Assembly: GCA_018333995.1 (NCBI GenBank)
Contig: JAGXSG010000032.1
Coordinates: 204-64,203, forward strand
DNA from: Clostridiales bacterium
Lineage (GTDB): Bacteria; Actinomycetota; Coriobacteriia; Anaerosomatales; SLCP01
Direction: 5' to 3'
Length of the DNA: 64,000 bases
Position 1 is the stretch's first letter. The number at the start of each line of letters is the position of its first letter. This document shows positions 19,817 through 27,782 of the stretch, piece by piece. The notes beneath the pieces are model-generated. The model made no database searches. It saw only the letters and a program-made list of their open reading frames with translations, and had not been told where the DNA came from. Both the position numbers and the translations under genes were made by a program.

Positions 19817-20973
19817 AGCACTGCGACTTTCGCTATCGCCCGCGTGAAAGCAGCGTCAGCCCTCTTGCGCTCCCCGTGACTCATCATGTTTCCGATGCGC
19901 AACGTCGCGCTGAGCTCATAGCCCTGTTCGTGAGCGAATGCCCGTGAGACCAGGTACGCGGAGACCAGATCGCCTGCACTATGCTCCTCGAACCCTGACT
20001 CATCGCGCACCAGTCCCAAAATCGGCTGAACCGGCTCCAGAAACTCAACTTCAGACAGTGGTGTTGCGGCAAGACTCTCGCTCCCCGGTTCCCTGCGATG
20101 AAACGACAGTCCGTAGTGAAGGAGCAATGCGGCGTAGCTCATCTGCTCAACACGCTTGCCAACCCAACCATACTCTCCCGCCGCGATTCGCGCGAGCCTG
20201 GCTGTGCGCTCGCCCTGACCTCGCTGTTCCGGACTTTGAATCTCCATGGCGCTGATAAGCGTCTCGATAGTCGTCTGGTATGACCTCCTCACATCCAGAA
20301 GGAGTGCGAACGACTGCCGCATAGCCGCTACCAAGAAGAGTGTCACAACGAGGGCCCAGGCGCCCATCTGGTCGTATATGAGCACGGTGAGCACTGCGAC
20401 GGACACGCCGGCCACGAGAATCAAGCCCTGTAGGGCGATGTTGCTTCGTAGCGCACGCAATAACGAGTCGCCTCGTACGATCACATGCTCAAGCTGGCCC
20501 ACAAGCAACTGAACCGTGACAAATACGGCTCCAAGCCCTGCGACTTCAACGTATGGACCGGGCAGGGAGAGAGGTGACGAGGACAGCATCCGGATCATGA
20601 CGGTCGCCGCGATGATCGCCGCGGCCCGCTTGGCAAGTACATGGATCAGCTCCCCAAGACCGGCCCGGCCACTTCGCACCGCCGACGCGACACATCGAGA
20701 TAACACAACGATGGCTAGAGTTGCCATCGGTCCGAACAAGTACAGTGACGCGATAACCAACGGAGTGTCGACGTCGACGCTCCCGCCATGCGGCAAGTAC
20801 ACGTCAAACAAGTTCAACACCGTTATCACTAGCAGGAATTGAAGGACTCCCTGCCAATCCTGATGGAGCGCCCACGGTTCCACCGACAGCACCGTCGTCA
20901 CAGGCAGGGCGAGAAAGATCACCGCGACTTGCGCTACCCTCACCACTGCGGTTCTAAGCTTTGCGGACCTCAC
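19813..20973 (-). CDS. Membrane protein with degenerate (predicted catalytically inactive) HD-GYP-like domain
   Basis: Polytopic N-terminus. The C-terminal domain aligns with the upstream HD-GYP gene, but GHSERV becomes GQGERT, LHDLGK becomes LHYGLS, and the HHExxDGxGY block is absent. The GTG start overlaps the upstream stop. Confidence 0.65.
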   Translation of the reverse strand: MRSAKLRTAVVRVAQVAVIFLALPVTTVLSVEPWALHQDWQGVLQFLLVITVLNLFDVYLPHGGSVDVDTPLVIASLYLFGPMATLAIVVLSRCVASAVRSGRAGLGELIHVLAKRAAAIIAATVMIRMLSSSPLSLPGPYVEVAGLGAVFVTVQLLVGQLEHVIVRGDSLLRALRSNIALQGLILVAGVSVAVLTVLIYDQMGAWALVVTLFLVAAMRQSFALLLDVRRSYQTTIETLISAMEIQSPEQRGQGERTARLARIAAGEYGWVGKRVEQMSYAALLLHYGLSFHRREPGSESLAATPLSEVEFLEPVQPILGLVRDESGFEEHSAGDLVSAYLVSRAFAHEQGYELSATLRIGNMMSHGERKRADAAFTRAIAKVAVL

Positions 20974-22253
20974 GATGAAACCTCCGGCCGTACCGATGAC
21001 CAGCTCGTGAGGAAGTGCTCCACGACGAGCGGGTCATACTGACTCCCTGCGCACCGCGTCAGCTCAGCCAGGGCCTCTTCGATCGACATAGCGGCACGGT
21101 ATGCCCTTGACGACGTCATCGCGTCGAAACTATCGGCAACCGCGAGAATTCTTGCCTCTAGCGGAATCTCCAAACCAGAGAGTCCAGCGCAGTAGCCCTG
21201 ACCGTCATAGCGCTCGTGATGATAGCGGATGGCCGGAACGAGATCGGCGAATCCGTGAACGTTGTCAACCAGATCCGCGCCGACCACGGGATGCTGTCTG
21301 ACGAGATCGAACTCCGCAGTCGTCAGACGGCCGGGTTTTGACAGAATCTCGTTCGGTATTCCTACTTTGCCGAGATCGTGGAGTTGTGCGGCAAGCTCAA
21401 GCTGCTCCGCACGCTTATCAGACAATCCAAGTGACTTGGCGATCGCGGATGAGTATTGTGCGACCCGTTCTGAATGGCCGGCCGTATACGGGTCCTTGGC
21501 TTCAAGAGCGGCAACTAGTGATCGTACGGTGTCAAGGTAGGATCGCTTCAGCGCGGCGTATCTCTCGTATACCTGACGTGAGACAAGAAGGGGGAACAAG
21601 AACAGCGCGAGACCGGCCACGTGCACCGCCATGACCTGTGCTATCGACACGCCCACTACCGTCAGTGACAACTGCATGGGAAACAACGCGCCCATATGCC
21701 GATCCCACACTGAAGACAGTGATGAACCGCTCCTGATCGTATATCCCAACACCACCAAGAACGCATTCGCCACCGAGGCAAAGACACCTAGCGCGAAGAG
21801 CGGCAGTATGACTTCTGGAAAGTCACCTGATGCGAACGGCTGGGCGCCGTGCGGTTCGCTCCACAGGGGCCTGCCGCCGACCACAAGATAGAGCCACCCG
21901 GATCCTACATGAGCCAGCACAACCTGTCCGGTATTGAACGCTACTACAAGGGGTGATGTGCGTTGCCTGACGTCGTCAAGATTCGCAGCTGAGCAAAGGG
22001 CCACCAGACCTGCCGCGGATGGCCCCAGCATGACGTTAGCGGCAACTGACAACGGAAACGCGAGTGACGCCACCAGTCCGCGTGACAACACCAACGCGGC
22101 ATTCTCGGCAAGGACAGCGGCGGCTGCGAGCAGCAGAAGGGACGAGTGCCACGGCAATGGCATCAGGAACAGGGACACGGCGAAGCAGGCGACACCTAGA
22201 GCGGCCACCGCGATCGAATACCGCCTGAACAGGCGAAGGGCACGCTCACTCAT
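20970..22253 (-). CDS. Membrane-anchored HD-GYP domain phosphodiesterase (c-di-GMP signalling family)
   Basis: Contains GHSERVAQYS, QLHDLGKVGIP, IRYHHERYDGQGYCAGL and ILAVADSFDAMTSSRAYR. The GYP motif reads GYC. The N-terminus is polytopic. The ATG at 22253 (GAAGGG RBS) is preferred over the TTG at 22277. Confidence 0.85.
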   Translation of the reverse strand: MSERALRLFRRYSIAVAALGVACFAVSLFLMPLPWHSSLLLLAAAAVLAENAALVLSRGLVASLAFPLSVAANVMLGPSAAGLVALCSAANLDDVRQRTSPLVVAFNTGQVVLAHVGSGWLYLVVGGRPLWSEPHGAQPFASGDFPEVILPLFALGVFASVANAFLVVLGYTIRSGSSLSSVWDRHMGALFPMQLSLTVVGVSIAQVMAVHVAGLALFLFPLLVSRQVYERYAALKRSYLDTVRSLVAALEAKDPYTAGHSERVAQYSSAIAKSLGLSDKRAEQLELAAQLHDLGKVGIPNEILSKPGRLTTAEFDLVRQHPVVGADLVDNVHGFADLVPAIRYHHERYDGQGYCAGLSGLEIPLEARILAVADSFDAMTSSRAYRAAMSIEEALAELTRCAGSQYDPLVVEHFLTSWSSVRPEVSS

Positions 22254-22519
22254 GAGCAATGCCCTTCGCCAACTCAACTGACTGCGCGTAGAAACAGACC
22301 GTGATGACTAGCGAAGCCTGAAGTTCGCGCCGCCGGCAATGAGTATCATCGAGAGGGAGCTCAGGAGAATGATGATGCGCTTCATTGTAAGAAGACCTTT
22401 CTCGTTGAGGAAAACCGGTCTTCTGCCATCCCGCTGGTGATGGAAGAACGCTGTCCGCTCCGCTCGGGTCTTCGCGTACAGTGTTCGTGTCGGCGGTCAA
22501 GACGTCAGTCCTGTCGCAG

Positions 22520-23200
22520 CTATGCCGTTGTCAAAAAGCCCATTCGCCGATTGATCGCGTCAAGGGTTGCCCTGACGATCGAATCCTTCTCGTTCTGCCG
22601 CACCATTGCCGACCCCGTAAACGACTGCTCACCGAGTGGGGAGACAATCGTCACGCACGATACGGCCACTTCTTCGCGACCGAGCCGGATGATGGCGACA
22701 TCTTCGAGGGCGAATGTATGACTTCCGTTTGTGACCATACTCACCGCATTGAGCGTCGCCTGTGCGATGATCCGCTGCCTGCCCGTCTGGCTCGACGGCG
22801 CTGACGCGCGACCGTCATACAGCTCTCCCCCAACTTCAAGCGTCACGGCGGCGTCAGAGTAAAGACCACTAACCGATGCGTTTATCGCGTGTATCCGTGG
22901 CCGCGCGCCTTGCTCGTCGCGACCGGGCACCGGCGCCTCATCAGAAGCGGCCGACGTGTCACCGCCCAGTTGAGCGATCGAGATCTTCTTGTGGTCAACC
23001 GCGATGTTGAACCCTGCCATCAGGGTAGATTCGATGTCGCGCACGAGCTGTTTGGGCGACTTCAGAGTCGTCGAAAGCACGTGTATCTCGAGGATTCCTC
23101 CATCTGGAGATGCGACGACCCTGGCCGCAGTCACCTCGGCGATCTGGCCGAGCGAGGATTCAATCTCCTCTACTGCGAAGTCCGCTATCCGCTGACCCAC
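22520..23200 (-). CDS. Hypothetical two-domain cytoplasmic protein, no family recognised
   Basis: 226-aa ORF with a GTG start preceded by AAGGGG. The coding-like composition is clearly distinct from the overlapping alternative frames. A candidate promoter lies upstream. Confidence 0.55.
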   Translation of the reverse strand: MGQRIADFAVEEIESSLGQIAEVTAARVVASPDGGILEIHVLSTTLKSPKQLVRDIESTLMAGFNIAVDHKKISIAQLGGDTSAASDEAPVPGRDEQGARPRIHAINASVSGLYSDAAVTLEVGGELYDGRASAPSSQTGRQRIIAQATLNAVSMVTNGSHTFALEDVAIIRLGREEVAVSCVTIVSPLGEQSFTGSAMVRQNEKDSIVRATLDAINRRMGFLTTA

Positions 23201-23273
23201 GTGCCGCCCCTTGCTTCGAAGTAATGTTTGCGTCTAGCGTCGGCGTGAGCATGACCCTCGGAGGTCAGCACCT

Positions 23274-23303
23274 ACTGTATGTCTGGTGAAATCACCCTGT
23301 CAA
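23274..23303 (-). promoter_or_regulatory. Candidate sigma-70-type promoter (TTGACA-18 nt-TACAGT)
   Basis: The minus strand reads TTGACAGGGTGATTTCACCAGACATACAGT. It lies between the hpf stop and the GTG at 23200, about 75 nt upstream of that start. Confidence 0.35.
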
Positions 23304-23333
23304 CACGAAACGCTCAAGTACGCTGCGGAACTC

Positions 23334-23885
23334 CTATCCAACTCGTGGCTCGATAAGGCCGTAGTCACCATCATGACGCCGGTACAATACGTTGACCGTG
23401 TCAGTCTCGGCGGATGTGAAAACGAAGAAGTCGTGGCCGAGCAGTTCGAGCTGCAGCATCGCCTCTTCGGGGGTCATGGGCTTGATCTCGAGAACTTTGC
23501 TCTTGACGATCGCGGGCTCTGGCTGTTCATCGGCGAGCGAAGCCGCCTCCGGCATCGGTGGCATCGGTGCCTTCGCCGAGTGACGATCCTTCATCTTGCC
23601 CTTGTACTTGCGAAACTGCCTCTCAAGCTTTTCTGAGACGAGATCGATTGCCGCATACATGTCCGGCGCGGCCTCCCTCGCCCGGATGATAGGCCCCTTT
23701 GTCCAGACGGTGACTTCCGCGACCTGACTCTTCTCTATCGACGGGTTCTTCTCGACGAAAAGCTCAACCTCGGTGGTCATATGATCACCGTCAAGGATCT
23801 TGCTGACCCGGCCAATCTTCTCCTCGGCATAGGTATGAATCGCGTCAGTGACCGCCATGCGACGACCTTTGATGATGAGTTTCAT
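23334..23885 (-). CDS. hpf: Ribosome hibernation promoting factor, long form
   Basis: MKLIIKGRRMAVTDAIHTYAEEKI... is the sigma-54 modulation / S30EA domain. A C-terminal dimerisation domain follows (LELLGHDFFVFTSAETDTVNVLYRRHDGDYGLIEP). AAGGAGGT RBS. Confidence 0.9.
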   Translation of the reverse strand: MKLIIKGRRMAVTDAIHTYAEEKIGRVSKILDGDHMTTEVELFVEKNPSIEKSQVAEVTVWTKGPIIRAREAAPDMYAAIDLVSEKLERQFRKYKGKMKDRHSAKAPMPPMPEAASLADEQPEPAIVKSKVLEIKPMTPEEAMLQLELLGHDFFVFTSAETDTVNVLYRRHDGDYGLIEPRVG

Positions 23886-23993
23886 AGTGAACCTCCTTGT
23901 TGGTCGGACTACTCTGAAGATACCCATGCCCGCGTCCGTCCGGGCACCGGCAATGGCCGTCCGTGAGATGCTACGGGATGCTAGCGGGCGATG

Positions 23994-24782
23994 CTACCTG
24001 ATATGGCCGAGGAAGTCTTTTGTCCGCTCGTGCACGGGTTTGTCGAAGACCTCATCCGGCGTCCCCTGCTCGACGATGAGACCCTCATCCATGAAGATGA
24101 CGCGGTCCGCGACGTCGCGGGCGAAGCCCATCTCGTGCGTGACAACCATCATGGTCATCCCGCCCCGCGCGAGCGCCTTCATAACCTCGAGCACCTCGCG
24201 CACCAGCTCGGGATCGAGGGCCGAAGTCACCTCGTCAAAGAGCATCACGTGAGGGTCCATCGCGAGCGCCCGCGCAATCGCGACTCGCTGCTGCTGGCCA
24301 CCGGAGAGCTGGATGGGATAATAGTCGATTTTGTCAGCAAGGCCTACGCGCTCGAGTTGCTCGACTGCGGCACAAGCCGCCTCATTCGCCGTGAGACGAA
24401 GCACCTTGCGCAGCGCTACCATGACGTTCCCCTTGGCTGTCAAATGAGGGAACAGGTTGAACGATTGAAACACCATGCCGACCCGCTCACGCACGCGGTT
24501 GATGTTGGTCCCTGGTGCGTTCACCATGACGTCCTCGAACCAAACCTCACCCGCCGTCGGCTCCTCAAGTCTGTTCACGCATCTGAGAAGCGTAGATTTC
24601 CCTGATCCTGACGGCCCAAGGATGACGACGACCTCGCCTTTCGCTACCTCAAGATCCACGCCTCGCAACACCTCCAGATCCCCGAACGCCTTCTGAAGGT
24701 TCTTGATTCGAAGAATCGGCTCCGCCGCATCGACACGTGCCGCACCGGTGGCATGCTGTGAACTCGGTCCGCTCGCGGTCAC
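23994..24782 (-). CDS. Polar amino acid ABC transporter ATP-binding protein
   Basis: Walker [25 protein letters not shown] and [13 protein letters not shown]. GlnQ/HisP-like. Confidence 0.9.
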   Translation of the reverse strand: MTASGPSSQHATGAARVDAAEPILRIKNLQKAFGDLEVLRGVDLEVAKGEVVVILGPSGSGKSTLLRCVNRLEEPTAGEVWFEDVMVNAPGTNINRVRERVGMVFQSFNLFPHLTAKGNVMVALRKVLRLTANEAACAAVEQLERVGLADKIDYYPIQLSGGQQQRVAIARALAMDPHVMLFDEVTSALDPELVREVLEVMKALARGGMTMMVVTHEMGFARDVADRVIFMDEGLIVEQGTPDEVFDKPVHERTKDFLGHIR

Positions 24783-24791
24783 TGCTTCACC

Positions 24792-25649
24792 TCACACCCT
24801 TCCTGTAACGCCCTGCACGGTCTCTATACGTGGAGGAACATCATCCTGATCGTCACTATCAGAGTTTGTCGCTGGCCTCGGTGCTCCACCTCGGCCTTCA
24901 GAAGCTGCAAGTCTCTCCTCCATCTTGGCGACTATTCGGCCAAGCGGGATCGTAAGCGCCAGGTAGAAAAACGCCGCAAGAACATACGCTGAAGGGTTGA
25001 ACCTGGCTGCGGCGACCTCGCGAGCACGGAGGACGACTTCTGGAATACCAACGGCTGCGAGGAGCGCCGTGTCCTTAAACAGCAAGATGAACTCGGACAT
25101 CATGGTGGGCAGAATGCGTCGCACCGTCTGAGGGATGATGATGAAGAACATCGCCTGGAGTGCCGTCATACCAAGAGAGCGAGCCGCCTCCATCTGCCCA
25201 CGGGGAATCGACTCTATGCCCGCGCGGAATATCTCGCACATATACGCTGCCGAATTTGCGCTCAAGACAAGGAAACCCCTTAGGTACAACGACCAAGAGA
25301 TTCCAAGGATCGCAGCCTCGTTCATCCATGGATTCGCCTGGATCATGCTTTTCCAGAAGGGAAAAAGCGGTAGGCCAAAGAACACGAGGAGTATCTGAAG
25401 GAAGAGCGGCGTTCCCCGTATCACGTCCACGTAGAACGTCACCGGCCATCGAGCAAGACGCCTGGGTGACATCTTCAGGAGCGCGAGAAGCAAGCCTATC
25501 GGCATGCCCAGGACAAAAGCGCCGAAACCGAAGAGCAGTGCCACCGGGAACGCTTGCAGCAAGACGGGAAATGCCTCTGCCATGATCGCCGGCGACAAGA
25601 ATAGATGAGTTACGGGATTCGACTCCCACCACTCAAGCAAACCCTCCAC
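24792..25649 (-). CDS. Polar amino acid ABC transporter permease (His/Glu/Gln/Arg/opine family)
   Basis: EAA loop MEAARSLGMTALQAMFFIIIPQ and 5 TM segments. GTG start with an AAGGAG RBS. The C-terminal tail is unusually long and charged. Confidence 0.9.
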   Translation of the reverse strand: MEGLLEWWESNPVTHLFLSPAIMAEAFPVLLQAFPVALLFGFGAFVLGMPIGLLLALLKMSPRRLARWPVTFYVDVIRGTPLFLQILLVFFGLPLFPFWKSMIQANPWMNEAAILGISWSLYLRGFLVLSANSAAYMCEIFRAGIESIPRGQMEAARSLGMTALQAMFFIIIPQTVRRILPTMMSEFILLFKDTALLAAVGIPEVVLRAREVAAARFNPSAYVLAAFFYLALTIPLGRIVAKMEERLAASEGRGGAPRPATNSDSDDQDDVPPRIETVQGVTGRV

Positions 25650-25670
25650 AATCGCGCTCCTTGGTCACGA

Positions 25671-25707
25671 GACAGAAAAATGGGGCCGACGGCAGGTCGT
25701 CGGCCCC
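25671..25707 (-). terminator. Rho-independent terminator/attenuator between the binding-protein gene and the permease gene
   Basis: The minus strand reads GGGGCCGACG-ACCUGC-CGUCGGCCCC (10-bp stem) followed by AUUUUUCUGU. Confidence 0.65.
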
Positions 25708-25728
25708 ACTCTACCGCACCATCTTGGC

Positions 25729-26580
25729 CTAGTCGCCCTTGACTACTGCGAGCGACTGGTTCGAATTGATATAGGGGTCAGAGAAATCGACGGACTGCGC
25801 GCGCTTCTCGGTGATGGTCATCGCGGAAGCGACCATGTCAAACGAGGTTCCAGCCTGCAGGTCGGTGATCAGAGCATCGAACTTGTATGTCAGGAACTCG
25901 ACCTCGAAGCCGAGCTTCTCGCCGATTGCATTCATCATGTCGACATCGAAGCCCACGATCTCCCCACCCTCGACGAACTCGAAGGGCGGATAAGCAGTGT
26001 CCGAGCCGACGATGATCTTGCCCGGGGTAAGCGTCACGATGTCCGCGTCGTCCGGCCTGTCACCGTCATACGCACCCTCGGGGATCGACATCGGGGGTGC
26101 ACCGAACCACTTCTCGTAGATCTCGGTGTACGTGCCGTCCGCAATCACCTCGGCGAGCGCCCAGTTGACTGCGTCGCGCAGGCCGGTGTTCTGCTGGTTG
26201 AATGCAAAACCGTACTGCTCTCCGGTCTCGATCTCCTCGACGACGTGGACGCCGCGCGTCTCGTCAGCGACGATCTCCTGAGAAATCGGCAGATCATTGA
26301 TGACGCCAACGACGTCGCCGGCCTGAAGCGCCGCGAATGCGGCAAGGATATCATCGTACGGGACTACTTCGACGCCTTTGGGCTCAAGATTCTCCTTCGA
26401 CCAGATCTCTCCAGTCGTACCCGACTGCACACCGATCTTGTCTCCCTCGCCGAGGTCGGCAACGCTCGCGATGACTCGCGTCTCCCCGCCTGCATCGCCG
26501 CAACCGGCAAGACCCATGACACCGACAGCCAACGTCAGTGCGAGTGCCAGAAGAAGCGGTTTCCTAACTCTGTACATCAT
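25729..26580 (-). CDS. Amino acid ABC transporter substrate-binding lipoprotein (family 3 SBP)
   Basis: Signal peptide plus lipobox LAGCGD. SBP_bac_3 pattern (YPPFEF...FDVDMMNAIGEKLG...SAMTITEKR). Confidence 0.85.
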   Translation of the reverse strand: MMYRVRKPLLLALALTLAVGVMGLAGCGDAGGETRVIASVADLGEGDKIGVQSGTTGEIWSKENLEPKGVEVVPYDDILAAFAALQAGDVVGVINDLPISQEIVADETRGVHVVEEIETGEQYGFAFNQQNTGLRDAVNWALAEVIADGTYTEIYEKWFGAPPMSIPEGAYDGDRPDDADIVTLTPGKIIVGSDTAYPPFEFVEGGEIVGFDVDMMNAIGEKLGFEVEFLTYKFDALITDLQAGTSFDMVASAMTITEKRAQSVDFSDPYINSNQSLAVVKGD

Positions 26581-26645
26581 TCCTCCTTGAATTCAACGGT
26601 CGCACCCCCGACAACGAGGGCACCCCTATGAACTACCGGCTACAC

Positions 26646-26674
26646 ACGATACACGAAATGTGTCTTGTTGTGAA
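26646..26674 (-). promoter_or_regulatory. Candidate internal promoter (TTCACA-17 nt-TATCGT) upstream of the first binding-protein gene
   Basis: The minus strand reads TTCACA acaagacacatttcgtg TATCGT, in the 127-nt gap between the two binding-protein genes. Confidence 0.3.
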
Positions 26675-26707
26675 AAGCCTGTTACTCCATTCAGCATCGT
26701 GCGTATT

Positions 26708-27526
26708 CTATGCATCTTCCTCATGTGTGGCCTCAAGTTCCGGAAGGTCGCCGACCCACTTCGCCCTGATCGTATCGAGCACGCCGCCCGTCGCAAGTCC
26801 GTCGAGAACCCCGCGCAACGCCGTTGACAACTCCTTGGCGTCCAAGGGCACAGCGATGCCAATCTGCGCGGGCGCGGCAAACTGGGAGTGGAACACGATG
26901 CCTTCGAAGTCCCGTGCAATGTACGAGCACGTGAAAGCGTCGCCCGCAACCACGTCGGCCTCGCCCGCTGAGACCGCCTCGAACGCTTCCCGGAGGGTGG
27001 GAAACGCCGTCACCCGATCCTCTCCGTAGTCATACACAAACTCCCAGTACGCCGCCGAGCCTTCCTGAACCGCAACTCTGAGCGTCCCAAGCCGCGCGGG
27101 CGTGACGGTCTCTTCTGCCGACGCGAACAGCGCGGGACCTGTAGTTGCGTAGAACCCCGCGAAGGACATGTCGAGCACAACCTGCTCGTCAAGCGGGACA
27201 GACATCACCGCATCGACCGTGCCGGCCTCAAACGCAGCGGCCGCACCGGCGGAATCAACCTCGACAATCTCCAGCTCAAGGCCCAGTTCACCGGCTATCG
27301 CCGAGGCGACATCGACGTCAAGTCCTGCCTCGCGGCCATCGTCAAGCCCCCCGAACGGCGGGTGGCGAAGATCGATTCCTACACGCAGCACGCCGGCCTC
27401 GCCGATAACTGGCGGAGCAAGCAGTGGTTCGACGCCAGGTTCGGGCGCTTCTTTCGAACCGCAACCAGACACTCCGAAGAGCAGGAGCACGATCAGAGCC
27501 GCCCACACGATCCGCACGCGCAACAT
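26708..27526 (-). CDS. Second amino acid ABC transporter substrate-binding lipoprotein (family 3 SBP)
   Basis: The ATG at 27526 has a GGAGGG RBS. Signal peptide plus lipobox VSGCGS. Contains HPPFGG...LDVDVASAIAGELG. The longest ORF (to 27679) is an upstream read-through. Confidence 0.8.
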   Translation of the reverse strand: MLRVRIVWAALIVLLLFGVSGCGSKEAPEPGVEPLLAPPVIGEAGVLRVGIDLRHPPFGGLDDGREAGLDVDVASAIAGELGLELEIVEVDSAGAAAAFEAGTVDAVMSVPLDEQVVLDMSFAGFYATTGPALFASAEETVTPARLGTLRVAVQEGSAAYWEFVYDYGEDRVTAFPTLREAFEAVSAGEADVVAGDAFTCSYIARDFEGIVFHSQFAAPAQIGIAVPLDAKELSTALRGVLDGLATGGVLDTIRAKWVGDLPELEATHEEDA

Positions 27527-27550
27527 CCGTCCCTCCAGTTCAACATCGAT

Positions 27551-27782
27551 GCTTTCACTCGGCTGACCTGGTCTTTGACCCCACACCCGCGTACTGGAGC
27601 GGTCGCTTGATGTCATCTCACTACTAGCCCTCTCGCCCGAGAAAGCAAGGCGGTACGGCTTACCCCTAAGGCGCGCCATGCTCGTCCGGAAGCTTGGCTT
27701 CCGGCTTACGTGGGTCCTTTCGGCCGCGCCTACCTTGGACTAAGGCGCTTGCGCGCCCGCAACCACAGACCCGAGTGAAAGC
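27551..27782 (-). promoter_or_regulatory. Candidate structured cis-regulatory leader RNA of unknown class (alternative: MITE-like inverted-repeat element)
   Basis: A perfect 12-bp inverted repeat, GCUUUCACUCGG...CCGAGUGAAAGC, encloses about 208 nt. Inside it are a GGCGC-GCAA-GCGCC hairpin (27744..27757), a GAAA-loop hairpin and a CCGGAAGC-CAA-GCUUCCGG hairpin (27686..27704). A CUCCAGU segment (27593..27599) is complementary to the SD region ACUGGAG (27533..27539). Confidence 0.4.

Noticed and set aside
22246-22500. 84-aa minus-strand ORF in the gap upstream of the HD-GYP gene.
   Set aside because: It overlaps the HD-GYP start in another frame, has no RBS, and its translation has no coding-like features. 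The 25-codon hydrophobic mini-ORF in a different frame is the more plausible reading, though it is still weak.
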